Source of the DNA: Vicugna vicugna
Lineage: Eukaryota
Direction: 5' to 3'
Length of the DNA stretch: 64,000 bases
Assembly: GCA_013265495.1 (NCBI GenBank)
Contig: MU057984.1
Location: 62,001-126,000, forward strand
Shown here one piece after another: positions 23,940-35,836 of this stretch; the stretch's first letter is position 1; every line of letters begins with the position of its first letter. The position numbers and the translations under genes were made by a program. The notes beneath the pieces were generated by a model. The model did not search any database. It saw only the letters and a program-made list of their open reading frames with translations, and was not told the origin of the DNA.

Positions 23940-24620
23940 AACATTCATTACAAAAAAACAAAGAAAATATCCCAGTTGAAAAATGGATTTCAAACGTATA
24001 GGCAATTCCTCACAGAATAGATAGATTTCAATCAGTATATAAATTTATGTTCACTCATATGGCAAAATAACAATTAGATTATCTTTGCTTATAAAATTAG
24101 CAAATATTATATTGCTTCCTTTTGGTGGGTGATGAATGAGATAGATAATGAAGTGTCATATTTGCTGATCATTAGTATAAACTCTCTGAAAGGCAATTCA
24201 AATGTGTTATCAAAAGATTACAAAATATAGGTGCCCTTTGATTAAGAAATTTAAAATCTAGCTATTTAGTCTCAGTAAATAATAATGAATATGCACAAAC
24301 TTTAGCTACAAGGTGGTTCATCATAGTAACATTTATTAAAGTAAAACAATGAAACTGAACAGGTGACAGTAAGTGGCTAGGTACATAAGAATGAAAAAGA
24401 ATAAATTTTCTTAATGTAGAAATCAAACCTGTATAACAGAAAAGTATCAAATATTATCAAATATGATGCCAAACAGAGTGTGTGTGCGCGCATGTGTGTG
24501 TGTGCATGTGCGCACACACCGAGTGGTAGTGATTGGCAATACAGAAAATTACAGAGACTGAAATTTGGAGACTGGTGCAAGGGCTTAGCAGGAAACTTAT
24601 TTCCTCTCTGTAAAGAAAAA
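23940..24620 (+). mobile_element. Very old L1 (L1ME-type) 3' region
   Basis: cccagttgaaaaatgg...aggcaattc; tataaactctctgaaaggcaatt...ccctttga; ggttcatcatagtaacattt. Confidence 0.65.
24478..24519. repeat. 42-bp perfectly alternating purine/pyrimidine tract with inverted arms
   Basis: gtgtgtgtgcgcgcatgtgtgtgtgtgcatgtgcgcacacac. Confidence 0.9.
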
Positions 24621-24635
24621 TAAGAATAGAAATGG

Positions 24636-25709
24636 CATCAACAAAATGAAAAGACAACCTACAGAATGGGAGAAAATATTTGCAAATTATGCAATCTACA
24701 AGAGATTAATATCCAAAATACACAAACAGCTCATGTAGTTCAATATCAAAAAGAAAAGAAAAGAAAAGAAAAGAAACAAACAACCCAATCAAAAAATGGG
24801 TAGAAGACCTAGATAGACACTTCTCCAAGGAAGAAGACATTCAGATGGCCAACACGCCCATGAAAAAATGCTCAACAGTGGTAATTATCAGAGAAATGCA
24901 AATCAAAACCACAATGAGGTATCACCTCACACCATTCAGAATGGCCATCATCAAAAAGTCTACAAATAATAAATCCTGGAAAGGGTGAGGAGAAAAGGGA
25001 ACCGCCTCTACAGTGTTGGTGGGAATGTAAATTGGTGCAGCTACTATGGAAGACAGTATGGAGGTTCCTTAAAAAACTAAAAACAGAACTACCATATGAT
25101 CCAGCAATCCCACTCCTGGGTATATACCCAGAAAAAACAAAAAACCCATTTCTAAAAGACATATGCACCCCAATATTCATAGCAGTAGTATTTATAATAG
25201 CCAAGACGTGGAAGCAACCCAAGTGTCCATCAACAAATGATTAGTTTAAGCGAAGTGGTATATATATGCAGTGTAATATTACTCAGCCATAAAAAAGATT
25301 GTTATTGGCAGCAACATCAATAGACCTAGAGAATATTATACTTAGTAAAGTAAGTCAAAGACAAATACTATGTGATATCATTTGTAAGTGGAATCTACAA
25401 AATATTGCAAATGAATCTATATACTAAACAGAAAGAGACTCACAGACATAGAAAACTAACTTAAGGTCACCAAAGTTGGGGGCAGGGTGTGGGGAGGGAC
25501 ATATGAGGAGTATTGGATTAACAGATACCAACTATTACACATAAAATAGATAAACAAGGATTTACTGTATAGCACAGGGAATTATATTCAGTATCTTATA
25601 ATAACCTAAATAACCTATAATGGAATATAGTCAGAAAAAAACAACTGAATCACTATGCTGTACACCTGACACTAATGTAATATTATAAATCAACTATACT
25701 TTAATAAAA
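24636..25709 (+). mobile_element. 5'-truncated L1 (ORF2 C-terminus plus 3' UTR)
   Basis: ORF 25032-25244 ([29 protein letters not shown]); 11-bp TSD aatagaaatgg (24625-24635 and 25710-25720); internal (AAAAG)n. Confidence 0.95.
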
Positions 25710-25829
25710 AATAGAAATGGGTCAAATAGTATGTAAGTGAAGGGGGAAAAAGTAGACAATGAGGGAAGGCAATTAAAATTTATCTTTTATTTTCTTGTGA
25801 GGCCTCAGGTATTCATTCTTTGATTGGTC

Positions 25830-25975
25830 AACCTGTCAGCTGTGCTGTGGAGCACTTGTGGGCATTATCTCATTTAAACTTAACAATAACTATGAACTTT
25901 CATCTATTATCATCTGTGTTTCACAGAGGAAGCAACAAAGATATTGAAGTTCACAGTTAATAAGAGACAGAGCTT
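25830..25975 (-). mobile_element. MIR
   Basis: cattatctcatttaaacttaacaataactatga...tttcacagaggaagcaac. Confidence 0.7.
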
Positions 25976-25984
25976 TCTGAGCTT

Positions 25985-26380
25985 CTGAGGAGACTGAACA
26001 GAGAGTAGAGGACATGAGACACTTACATATGTAAATAAGTTCTGGGAATGGTGACTCTGAGTCTAGTGCGGTAGGTGAGACTGGCCCATGAACTTCAAGT
26101 GGTGTTTTGGCACCAACACACAGAGATATCCTGTGTCCTCAGCACTAACAATGAGGGAGGCAGAGATTTTATAAGAGATTGTCATTTGAGTTAGCCACGG
26201 TCACGGGAAGAGTTTCAGTTTACATATAGCAGTGTTGTCTTCCTATTGGTTACATGTTATTTCCTGAAAATTAAAAATTTTAAATGTCCCTCTAAGAGTG
26301 CTCATTAGAAGTAGTGGAATCTGTTGTACAACAGGGCAGGGAACAACATAATGGAAAAGAAGGCAATTTATGGGGAGACA
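25985..26380 (-). mobile_element. Old LTR-like element
   Basis: Minus strand begins tgtctcccc and carries CCAAT (plus-strand ctattgg) then TATAAAA (plus-strand ttttata) in LTR order. Confidence 0.4.
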
Positions 26381-26607
26381 TAAATATTCCTAGGAAATCC
26401 TTACGTACCAGACTATGTACATACTTTTTACATTTAATCCTCAAAAACAAAAACAAAAAAGAAAATTAAAAAGAAAACCTTATGAAATAAGGATTATTAG
26501 TATCATTGAGAGTTGAAGTGATTTATTTTGTCTCATAAACATTGCCAAAGTCTTAATAGATGGTGGAGTCAGAAGTGTTCTCCGAAAAATAAACAGAATG
26601 GATGATA

Positions 26608-27025
26608 GAACCCAAATTTCCATCAGCTGATGAATGGATCAACAAAAATGTGGTGTAACCATCTATATAATGGAGTATTATATGACAATTCAAAGGAATG
26701 ACGTACCAACACATGCTAAAATATGAATGAATCTTTAAAACATTATGCTAAGCGAAAGAAGCCAGTCCATTCAACGAAATGTCCAGAACAAACAAGTTTA
26801 TTGATACAAAAAGTAGATTTGTGGTTGCCAGAGGCTGTGACAGTAGGAGTGGCTGCTAACGAGTACAGTTGCTCACCGGGGTGGTAAAAATGTTCTGGAA
26901 TTAGATATTGGTGTTGACTGCAGAACTTTGTAGGTATACTTTGACTATACTAAAATTGTTTAATTGCATATTTTAAAATGATGAATTTTATGGCATGTGA
27001 ATTATATTTCAATAATTTAAAAAAT
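26608..27025 (+). mobile_element. L1MB-type 3' end
   Basis: aacccaaatttccatcagctgatgaatgg...gtggttgccagaggc...aatgttctggaattagata...gaattatatttcaataa. Confidence 0.88.
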
Positions 27026-27265
27026 GCCAGTGAGGTAGTGTTGGGGTAGATGATGATTTTTCTTTTTTAAAAATCTTTTCCAAGTTTTCTGTAATATGGT
27101 TAACTATCTTCCAAAACTAAAAGAGAAAAAGATTAGACAAGGGTCTAAGCAGAATCAGCAACACTAATGACAGCCACATGGTAAGTTACCAGATGAGCGT
27201 CTAGCTTAAACGAAAGAGAAGGGATCATTACTAGACAGGAAATGAATTTAGGAGCAGCTGCTCTC

Positions 27266-27279
27266 ATTACCATGGCAAC
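27266..27279. promoter_or_regulatory. Near-perfect RFX X-box
   Basis: ATTACCATGGCAAC, one mismatch from GTTACCATGGCAAC. Confidence 0.4.
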
Positions 27280-27524
27280 CCAGAGGTTCTGACCTCCTTG
27301 AAATGCAGCACCAAGTAAAATCTACCAAATCCACTTCGCAAATGCCTTAGATCTCTCCCTATGTAATAGAATCACAGTCAACAGGCCTGCTCTCCTGGGG
27401 GTGACACATTCCTCACCCCTCTGATCAGGCTGGGGATGATGTGAAGGGTGAGGTGGGACACACTTTTGATCTAGTGAGCTGGGCAGTGGTGGAGCTGTGG
27501 ACCCTTTAATGTTATCTTGGCCCA

Positions 27525-27690
27525 GCGGTGCCCAGCTGTGGGACCCTGCACAACCTACCTGACTTCTCTGAACCTCCGTTTCCTCACCTGTTACCTGTGG
27601 CTCGGTTGTCACAGGGACTCAAGGACACATTTGCATGCAAAGTGCTCAGCACCGTGCCAGGCCCTGAAGAAGTGCATAATGAGTATGGCT
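27525..27690 (+). mobile_element. MIR
   Basis: agctgtgggaccctg...cttctctgaacctccgtttcctcacctgt...aaagtgctcagcaccgtgccaggc. Confidence 0.8.
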
Positions 27691-27699
27691 GGTTCCTTT

Positions 27700-28300
27700 T
27701 CGGACTTTTTCCCTTTCTTCCGCTCCTTTGACTGGTGGTGACTGCCAGCTCTGGGCCGGGGACTGTTCTGAACACTAGGGCGACGGCAGAAAACATAACA
27801 GATAAAAATCATGGCGCTCGCGTGCTGCTGGGGATACGCACAAACAAGGTTTCAGACTAACGTATGTAGTGTATGAGGGGGCGAGACGTGCTAGAGAAGA
27901 CAATAAAAGAGGCAGCTGTGACGTGCCCGTGGGGAGAGCCGACTTCAGTTCGGGTGGCGGAGGAAGGCTCCTGAGCTGGGACTTTGGAGCAGAGACACGA
28001 GGGAAGCGATCAAGGAGCCAGGCACGCGTCTGGCAGAGGAGTTTCAGGCAGAGCAAACAGCAAGCGCCAAGGTCCTGGTGGGGAGCTCGCCTGGCGTGTT
28101 TGAGGCACAGCGAGGAAGCCGCCTTGGGGGGAGCAGACCGGAGGGGCGGGGAGGAGCCGGGCTGTTCAGGGATGAGAACTCGGGAATTCGGACCAGAGGT
28201 GCGCTGGACCAGGCTGGTGCCGGTGGAGATGCTAGCAATGCTCAGGCGCTGGTACCTCGGGAAGGCAGAGCGGACAGGGCGACCTGCCGGCGCAGCCCGA
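27700..28300 (-). mobile_element. L2 (L2a-like) 3' region, unusually GC/CpG-rich
   Basis: actgttctgaacactagggcgacggcagaaaacataacagataaaaatc and gcagagcaaacagcaagcgccaaggtcctgg...ctggcgtgtttgaggcacagcgaggaagcc are diagnostic reverse-complement L2 blocks. Confidence 0.8.
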
Positions 28301-31300
28301 GCGAGAGGGAGTGAAAGGCCACGGCTCGTGTCTGAATCCACGACAAGGCTGCAAACAGTGGCCTACTCGTGGCAGGCTCTTCAGAAATATTGAACATTCT
28401 CAGAGTTGGAAGGTTCCTTAAAGCCTGCTGGCAGTTCTAGATTCTGCTCATAACCAGTCACTAGCTGGCTTACCCGAGTTATACTCCAGCAAATGCCAGA
28501 GAAAACCACTGCTTCTCAGGGCAATCAGTTCTGTCCTTAAACAGTTCTTAGCATGTGTGTAACCTGTCTCTCTCTCTCTCTCTGTGGCGTTAAAAAATAA
28601 ATACAAATATGACTGTATGTAGGTCCACTTCACCTTTCTAAGTATGAAGGATTTTTTAAATTTCTATTCAGCCATTGAACATAGCCTATTTCACACCACT
28701 TACTGTGATGTATACACAGAAGTAACAAATCTTTTTCGATTTCACCCAAAGTACTGACATAAACGAAGAAGGAAGGGCTGAAGATGGCGACCTGTGGAAA
28801 TGCCTCCGTGGTGTGTTTCTGCGCCATGCCTAATCATTTATAAGCAATGTTTTAACCACAGTATACCAGCCAGTTATGAAATCACCTAAATTTATGATAA
28901 TTTAGCTATAATTTTCCTATTCTTCTGTCCCTTAGGAGGAAAACAGGACATTCTAATACTTTCTTGAAATCCGGATATATATCCTGTATTTTATTAGTCT
29001 AGTTGTTCTTTTTAAAAAAGTAAATTTAACTTTTCATAATTTATTCTCAGTGGACCTATGTAATATTCTTGTGATTAGGGCTCACTTTCAAAACACAGTA
29101 ATTAAAAATCCTATTATTTATCCACAGTAATGGCTGGCTTTCTAATGATATTACTCTAATAGAACTACAGATCAGATAATTTATTCTCTTTCCCAAACTG
29201 AAAACTGGAAATATATGTATCCATCTCCAACTTTTTGACAAATTTCACATCTTTCTGATTCTTCAGAGACCATTAAAACTTTTTTGGATAACTTTATTAT
29301 ATATTACTCTAGAAAGTAAACATTTTTTATAAATTGATTTTTGACATAATTCTCACACTTTCAAGTGTTTAGGTGGATTTTTAATCTGACAGTTTGGCAG
29401 GAGAACACCGGGAGAGGAAAGGGCAGGCTGCCTACCCAGATTTCACTTCACAAACTGTAGCTAGAGAGAACGAGAAAGTACTCTAAGAACATACCCCTCC
29501 TCAGCTGGGGACTGTTCTCCTTGAAATACTTTACGAACTTTCAGCCTGGAATTTTTCTTGAGTTTACAGGTTTGTGCTTCAATTTTTTATTTAAAAATCA
29601 TTCTACTCAGTGGGGGAAAAAAAAGCCGTAAGTAGCAGGAGATGAGGTGTTTCCTTCTTGTGATCTGTTATCATAACACCGGCCCATCTCTTTTCTTACT
29701 CCACTTATTGCAAACGTAATTCAGAAATGATTTATTCTTATCCTTAGCATTTCTTTCTCAAGCCTCCATTTATTATAGATCTTGACATGAGATTCTGTTC
29801 TTATGGTTTCACTCTTCTATTTGCTCCTTCTTTTATATTTTCTATGTATAATCTTGAGGATAGGAGTTTTCTTTCTATACAACAATGTTTCTTTTAAAAA
29901 TTAACACATACAACTTCCTGAGTGATGTAATAAAGAACATTTGGGAAAATTTCTCTTTTCTCTCAAAATTCATTTGTAACTCAAATTGGCAGCTAAAGTT
30001 ACTTTAAAACAGATGAAGCTTTCCTTCTGTAATTATAGGATAGGCATGGAAATGCACATAATCTTTGGAGAGCCAACATGGTGAGATTAAACACCCACCA
30101 AGTATTAATGACTGATGAAGTCCTTTATCAAATCTGGTTTCACTATGAAGAAAAAGAGAGCAGAGTACAACACTGCCAAAAAATGGTAGGACAGCAAGGA
30201 AATCCTGTCCTCTTTACCTAGAAATGTCTTTTTAACGGCATAATATTCCCTCTTGGAAACTAGCCACATCAGCAACCCTAGGGCCCCACGATTCCCTCTA
30301 CGCAGCCTCACCAGTCACAGTGGCCCTGGTCACGCTGGCCCCAGTCACATCCCCATCCTGGATCTCACAGCAGTAGTCTTCCCTCCCCCTTTCTTTTTTT
30401 TCTTTTCTTTTCTTTTTTTTTTTGGTGTCGGGGGTGGGGGGGTAGTCTAACTTTTGGCTTAAATGAAGATCCTTGATTTTCTATCCTTTCACTCAGAAAC
30501 TCTCCCATATAAAACCTAGTTAGTTATCCACTTCAGAACTTTCTTCTGTGGAAGGCAGAGGGGTGACAAAGGAAAAATGAGAATGATTATGCTTTGATTC
30601 TGCCTGATTTCAGGATCCTCATGCTGCCTTTATACATCATAAGTGGCTTGAAGTACAAGTGCTGTGCTTGCTCTTCCATCATTACAACCTCTCAGTTAAG
30701 TCCAAGACACATTTTCTCCTTCTAGGAAACAGACTCTGAGATGTTTCGATGGGAGCATCCATGGCAAGGAATTTGGATGTGGACCACAAGAAGGCCAAGG
30801 GCATGAACATGACTCACTTTTGCTTGGAGGTTGTTAGGTAAAGTGATAGCCACTGCGAAAAGGAGTCCTTCTCAGATGCTTGTTCAGTCCCAGGGCCCAG
30901 GCAATGTAAGGCGCCTTGAAACTGTGGTTCAGCAGTGGGTGCCCATGACTCAATTTCAACGGGGGTCCTGTGCAGTTTAACAGTGTGCAGGTATGGTGGC
31001 CATCTGCTGCTCTCTCATTCACCCCTAACCAGACAGTCCTTTCCAGGGCCTATCTGTTCCTCTAAAGCTCCACTGATCTCTCCTTTCTCATGGCTTTTCT
31101 TCTATTCCTTCTTTTATCCCTCAATCCCTAGAAATTCCTAAAGGCCTAAACACGGAGCCTCACCATTTCCCAATCCCAGTCTCTCATATAAACCTTTCTC
31201 CTTTACAGGGGTCATTATAAAAATGAGAATATATTCTCAGCATTTTTCAAGTATCTCAATAAATTGAGTGCTTTAGTTTAAGAAAACACAAATTTTCTTT

Positions 31301-31399
31301 TTAAAGATTGTTTTGCATCCTGCAAAACGGCACTCTGGTGCCGCTAGCAGACTGTTTAACATTTCTGTGAGAAGAATAACCTGTTTTCTTTTTGGACAG

Positions 31400-31560
31400 C
31401 TGATCCTCAATCTGGCTGATCATACGAATCACCTAGGAATCTTTAAAACACTGATGCCTGAGTCTCCTCTCCAGACTGATTTAATCGATCTGGAATAAGG
31501 CCAGGCTTTTGGCTTTTAAAAGCTCGAATATGAAGCCAAGATATATAACATTGGTCTAGT
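31400..31560. mobile_element. MER5-type hAT MITE
   Basis: gaatcacctaggaatctttaaaacactgatgcctgagtctc...gatttaatcgatctgg. Confidence 0.7.
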
Positions 31561-31829
31561 CCATTTTTATCTCCTGAATCAGAAAAAAGAAAACCTGTTT
31601 GTCTCAGAACCTCTCTAGCCTGTATTTTAAGACAAATTCTACCCTATGATACAGCTGCTACTGCTTTGATTTGATAATTCCAAACAGCAATATTTCAATG
31701 CCTCTTTGATTCCTTACAAAAGATATTCAGAGAAATGCTTGAGGGCATCAGATTTGCTATAAGAAGAAAAATAAGAGGAACATACATGCTTCAACATTTT
31801 TTCACCTCCATGGAACAGAAGGAAGTCAA

Positions 31830-31962
31830 GCGATAGGTATGTCTATTATTTTGATTGTGGTGATGATTTTACAGTATGCACATATCTCCAAAGTCATCAA
31901 GTTGTATACATTAAATACATGCAGTTTTGTATATCAATTATACTCAATAAAGCTGTTTTTTT
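31830..31962 (+). mobile_element. Old L1 3' end
   Basis: ttgattgtggtgatgattttacag...catcaagttgtatacattaaatacatgcag...ctcaataaagctg. Confidence 0.85.
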
Positions 31963-32319
31963 AAAGGTATCCCAGTTAATCCACCCAGATAGTTCTCCAG
32001 AAAGATTTACTTTATGCCTATGTAGCAGGAAAAAAATCTCTGTAAGATGGATCTTTTACATACAGAATTACAATGCACCTACTAGCTATTTATGAAACAT
32101 CTATGTAAAAACATTTTCAAATGTTCAAGGAAACTAAGTGGGAAGTCATCTGCAGCACTGCAGAGTAAATCTCTCCGGGAAGTGTTGATTCTAAATTTCA
32201 CATTTGTTCTTCTAACAGTCTCCCATAGATATTCAGTAAGAAAATCCCTTTTTTCCCCTTTGCAGTCATAGGTCTTAAAATGTCTTAGACTCAGATATAA
32301 CATCACTCCTCCAAGGTTT

Positions 32320-32482
32320 GGTCTCCAGTTCAACAATGTTGATATCTCCTAGAAATTTTTTACAATTTCAGGTTCTCAGCACCACCTCAGAACTGAGTTT
32401 TAATTTTGAATGTGAGACCCAGCAATCTATGTTTTAATAAACCCATGCTTTGGATACATACTGTAGTTTGAAAATAACTGAT
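32320..32482. mobile_element. MER5A-like MITE
   Basis: caggttctcagcaccacctcagaactgag...gacccagcaatctatgttttaataaaccc...agtttgaaaataactg. Confidence 0.65.
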
Positions 32483-33209
32483 ATAGAAGAGATACACAGT
32501 TATATTTGCACTGTGATCCCAGAAGACTTTTCAATTTGATGTGACCCAAAGGAAAACTTTAAAAATTAGTTTATTGGTGTCCCTAAACTAGGATCCAACA
32601 GACTAAAAACAAACCCCCTAAGGAGCCAAGACCAGAAGACCATTGCATGATAAATATTCTTCGACTTCCTTTATACTGTTTGCTTCTTGTTCACTTGAGA
32701 AGTAAATTACCAAGGCTACACCCACATTTTTGTTTTACTGCAATATATAACATTATTGATCTTAATATACATATCTGCATGGAATTGTTTTTAAAAAATC
32801 AAAGGCAAGAAGAAAGACAAATTCCTGACAGCCGGCTCTCTTCTGGGAGTACATATTCTCTTTCTGCCAACAAGACTCTTCATTTCATATTCTAAATTCA
32901 TTATCCTTCCTTGTCCCTAAGAAAAACCTCAAGGGAAACAAAATGCTGAAATCTGGTGAGTAATTTCCCTCCTTCATGATGTTCATGTTTCCATTTTTTT
33001 CTTCTATTTCATGCAATTCACATCACCTCATTTATCTTTGTGATTTTCCTTATTCGTGCCCTCCTATTCCTGTTCATGACAAGAATCTCTCTCATCTCCC
33101 CAGGATTCCCCCTTACACACGACTCTCGGCCTGCATGCACAGATTCACTGAACATCCTTATCTTAGTCTATATTATGAAAATGGAGCTTATAACAAAGTT
33201 TAACTTGTA

Positions 33210-33868
33210 ATGTTTCATTAAAAATGGGATGATAGGAGTGTGAAATCGCAGGGAAGCAACGGATGTGAAAGGGGAAGAGCTGAGACAAAAAAGAACACAT
33301 ACAATAAAAGGAAAATAAATGTAACAGGTTGCATCAGCAAGCTGGCCACAGCTTCCTAAGAAAATGGAGCTGTCTGCTTATTCTTAAGGACCATCTCCTA
33401 AGAGGCTGTATGAAGCCACTGTATTTCAGAAGAATATGTGAGAAGAAGAAAATGAGTAGGAATTTTCTAACAAAATACTGTTCACTATATCACACAGGTT
33501 CAAGCTTTACTTAACATTAATTCTCTAAGCTTTCAGGGGTGTTGCTGAGCTCCCCCAGGCAACCACTGGCAAAGTCAGATCTCCCCATCCAGAAGGCAGG
33601 ACATCATATAAACAAAGAAGGGGTGAGAGGAGCAATAGCTTCTCTGGATTGTAGCCCTGGGGTGTCCAAGCTGTGGTGACTCCTGCTCTGAGACCAGGTG
33701 GAAGCCGAGTATCACCCTGAGAGGCCAAGACAGCTGGCAGTGTAAGATGTATGCACAAAGGTGATGGATGAGGCTCTCCACTAAGGTGGGAAAGTCTTTG
33801 ATGGTGGTTGTGGGGTCATATAGGTCCAAGAGAATCTGGGGAAGTGCAAAAACCAGGTTGCCCAATTG
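33210..33868 (-). mobile_element. ERVL-class 3' LTR (LTR16/LTR40-like), attached to internal sequence
   Basis: LTR-like blocks (gctggccacagcttc; caggcaaccactggcaaagtcag; ccaagagaatctggggaagtgca) directly adjacent to the ERVL pol 3' end. Confidence 0.55.
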
Positions 33869-33869
33869 T

Positions 33870-34600
33870 AACCCTCCAGTCTACTAGCACGCTGAGAGTG
33901 AAGGTGATAATTCAATCCTTGTCAGCTATAGTCTAAAAATAGGAATACTTTTATGACTACTGCTGTAACTGATCTTGAGGCTGTAATAGAGACTCATCAT
34001 CTTCTATCAAAACCCCAGATTTTCATCATCTGCCAGTACTTAGTCACATCTGGGTTGCTTGTCTGGTAGGGTGAGCCAGAACTTCATTTCCAAGTGGTCT
34101 ATGCCCTTATTAGACTTTCTTCTCTTGAGCTGGTGTTGCTAAAATTGTCCATTTGTACTTTAATCTCTTGGGATAGAAGCATCAAGAGATGCCCGAGTGA
34201 AACGCATGGGGGCAAGGTACACCTGCCTTTGCTCCTATTATGCAGTAGCATCTTTGTTCTTCATAGGAATCAAAGTATATTCCATCACCCAGTTAAGGAA
34301 CTCTTTTCTTGCTTTCCAACCGATAAAGGGAGTCTCAGGTTAAGAGGTGGTAATCGCACCTTCCAATTCAGAGGAATTCCTCATATGTCCTTGTCAGTTT
34401 AATTTCCCTCTGGGAACTGCAACTTCTAATCTGGCAGAACTAAAGACTTCACAAGTGGATCCATGAGAATGATGGTGAAATGGGTCAAGCCTACATTCTG
34501 TGTCTTAAGCTATTAAGGACAAAGCACCATATACTGTTGCTTCAGTGTATATACTGCACCTGGGACATTGCTGCTATCCAGATATCTGATAACTCATTAT
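33870..34600 (-). mobile_element. ERVL internal fragment: integrase end plus decayed dUTPase
   Basis: Minus-strand translation SARLEVAVPRG (~34438), IPLNWKVRLPP (34377-34345), MKFWLTLPDKQPR..VLAD, LQPQDQLQQ* (33986-33957), matching ERVL SAGLEVLVP/IPLNWKLRLPP/MKVWVTPPGK/LRPRDQLQ. Confidence 0.85.
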
Positions 34601-34603
34601 CTG

Positions 34604-35560
34604 TTTTTTTTTTTTAAATTGAAGTATAGTCAGTTGCAGTGAATCAATTTCTGGTGTACAGCATAATGTCCCAGTCATGCACATATATACATATATTCAT
34701 TTTCATATTCTTTTTCATTAAAGGTTATTACAAGATATTGAATACAATTCCCTGTGTTATACAGAAGAAATTTGTTTTTTTAACTATTTTTATATATAGT
34801 GGTTAATATCTGTAAATCTCATACTCCCAAATTTATCCCTTCTTTTATCCCCATTCCCCCAGTAAAGATAAAACTGTTTACTATGTCTGTGAGTCTGTTT
34901 CTGTTTTATAGATGAGTTCACTAGTGTCCTTTTTCCTTTTTTTTTCAGATTACACATATGACTGATATCATATGGTATTTTTCTTTCTCTTTGCCCTTAC
35001 TTCACTGAGAATGATGCTCTCCAAGTCCATCCATGTTGCTGCAAATGGCATTATTTTATTCTTTTTTATGGCAGAGTAGTATTCCATTGTATGAAGATAC
35101 TACAGCTTCTTTATCCAGTCATCTGTCGGTGGACATTTAGGTTGCTTCTATGTCTTGGCTATTGTATATAGTGCTGCTACAAACACTGGAGTGCATGTAT
35201 CTTTTCAAATTAGAGTTCCCTCCAGATACATGTTCAGGAGTGGGATTGTTGGATCATATGTTAAATCTATTTTTAGTTTTTTAAGGAATCTCCATACTGT
35301 TTTCCATAATGGCTGCACCAAACTACATTCCAACCAGCAGTCTAGGAAGGTTCCCTTTTCTTCATATCCTCTCCAGCATTTACTGTTTGTGGACTTTCTA
35401 ACAATGGCCATTCTGACTCGTGTGAAGTGATACCTTATTGTAGTTTTTACTTGCATGTCTCTGATAATTAGCAAATATTGATTTTTTTTTTCACGTGCCT
35501 ATTGGCCATTTGTATGTCTTCACTGAAGAACTGCTTGTTTAGGTCTTCTGCCCAGTTTTG
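34604..35560 (-). mobile_element. 5'-truncated camelid-type L1
   Basis: poly-T, 3' UTR and ORF 35205-35474 ([22 protein letters not shown]). Confidence 0.95.
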
Positions 35561-35562
35561 GA

Positions 35563-35836
35563 AGCAATTAAGGTTAGATGATGGGGTCTTCATGACCCGA
35601 TCACGAGATACCAGAGGCCTTTCTCTCTCATTGTGTGAGCAAAGGATAGGTCATGTGAGCACACAGTGAGTTGTAGCCACCTATAAACCAAGAGAAGTAG
35701 TCTTAAACTGAAACCTACCTTGCTGGCACCCTGACCTTGGAATGCCCACCCTCCAGAACTGTGAGAAATAAATTTCTGTTGTTTAAGCCACTCAGTCTAT
35801 GGTATTTTGTTGTAGCAACCCAAGGTGACTAATAGA
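35563..35836 (+). mobile_element. MaLR LTR (MLT1A/MST-like), 5' part missing
   Basis: ctaccttgctggcaccctgaccttgg...ccagaactgtgagaaataaatttctgttgtttaagccactcagtctatggtattttgtt. Confidence 0.88.

Noticed and set aside
25478..25498. G-quadruplex motif (G5-G3-G4-G3)
   Set aside because: It is the ordinary G-rich tract of L1 3' UTRs.
27400..27525. LGQDN...EEC resembling the RdRp motif C (LGQGDNQ...EEC)
   Set aside because: The conserved G of GDN is missing, the intervening sequence is Pro-rich and dissimilar, and the position conflicts with the other putative L patches.
27775..28393. Overlapping 188-aa and 174-aa ORFs
   Set aside because: They lie in GC-rich L2-derived sequence, are open on both strands, and resemble no protein I recognise.
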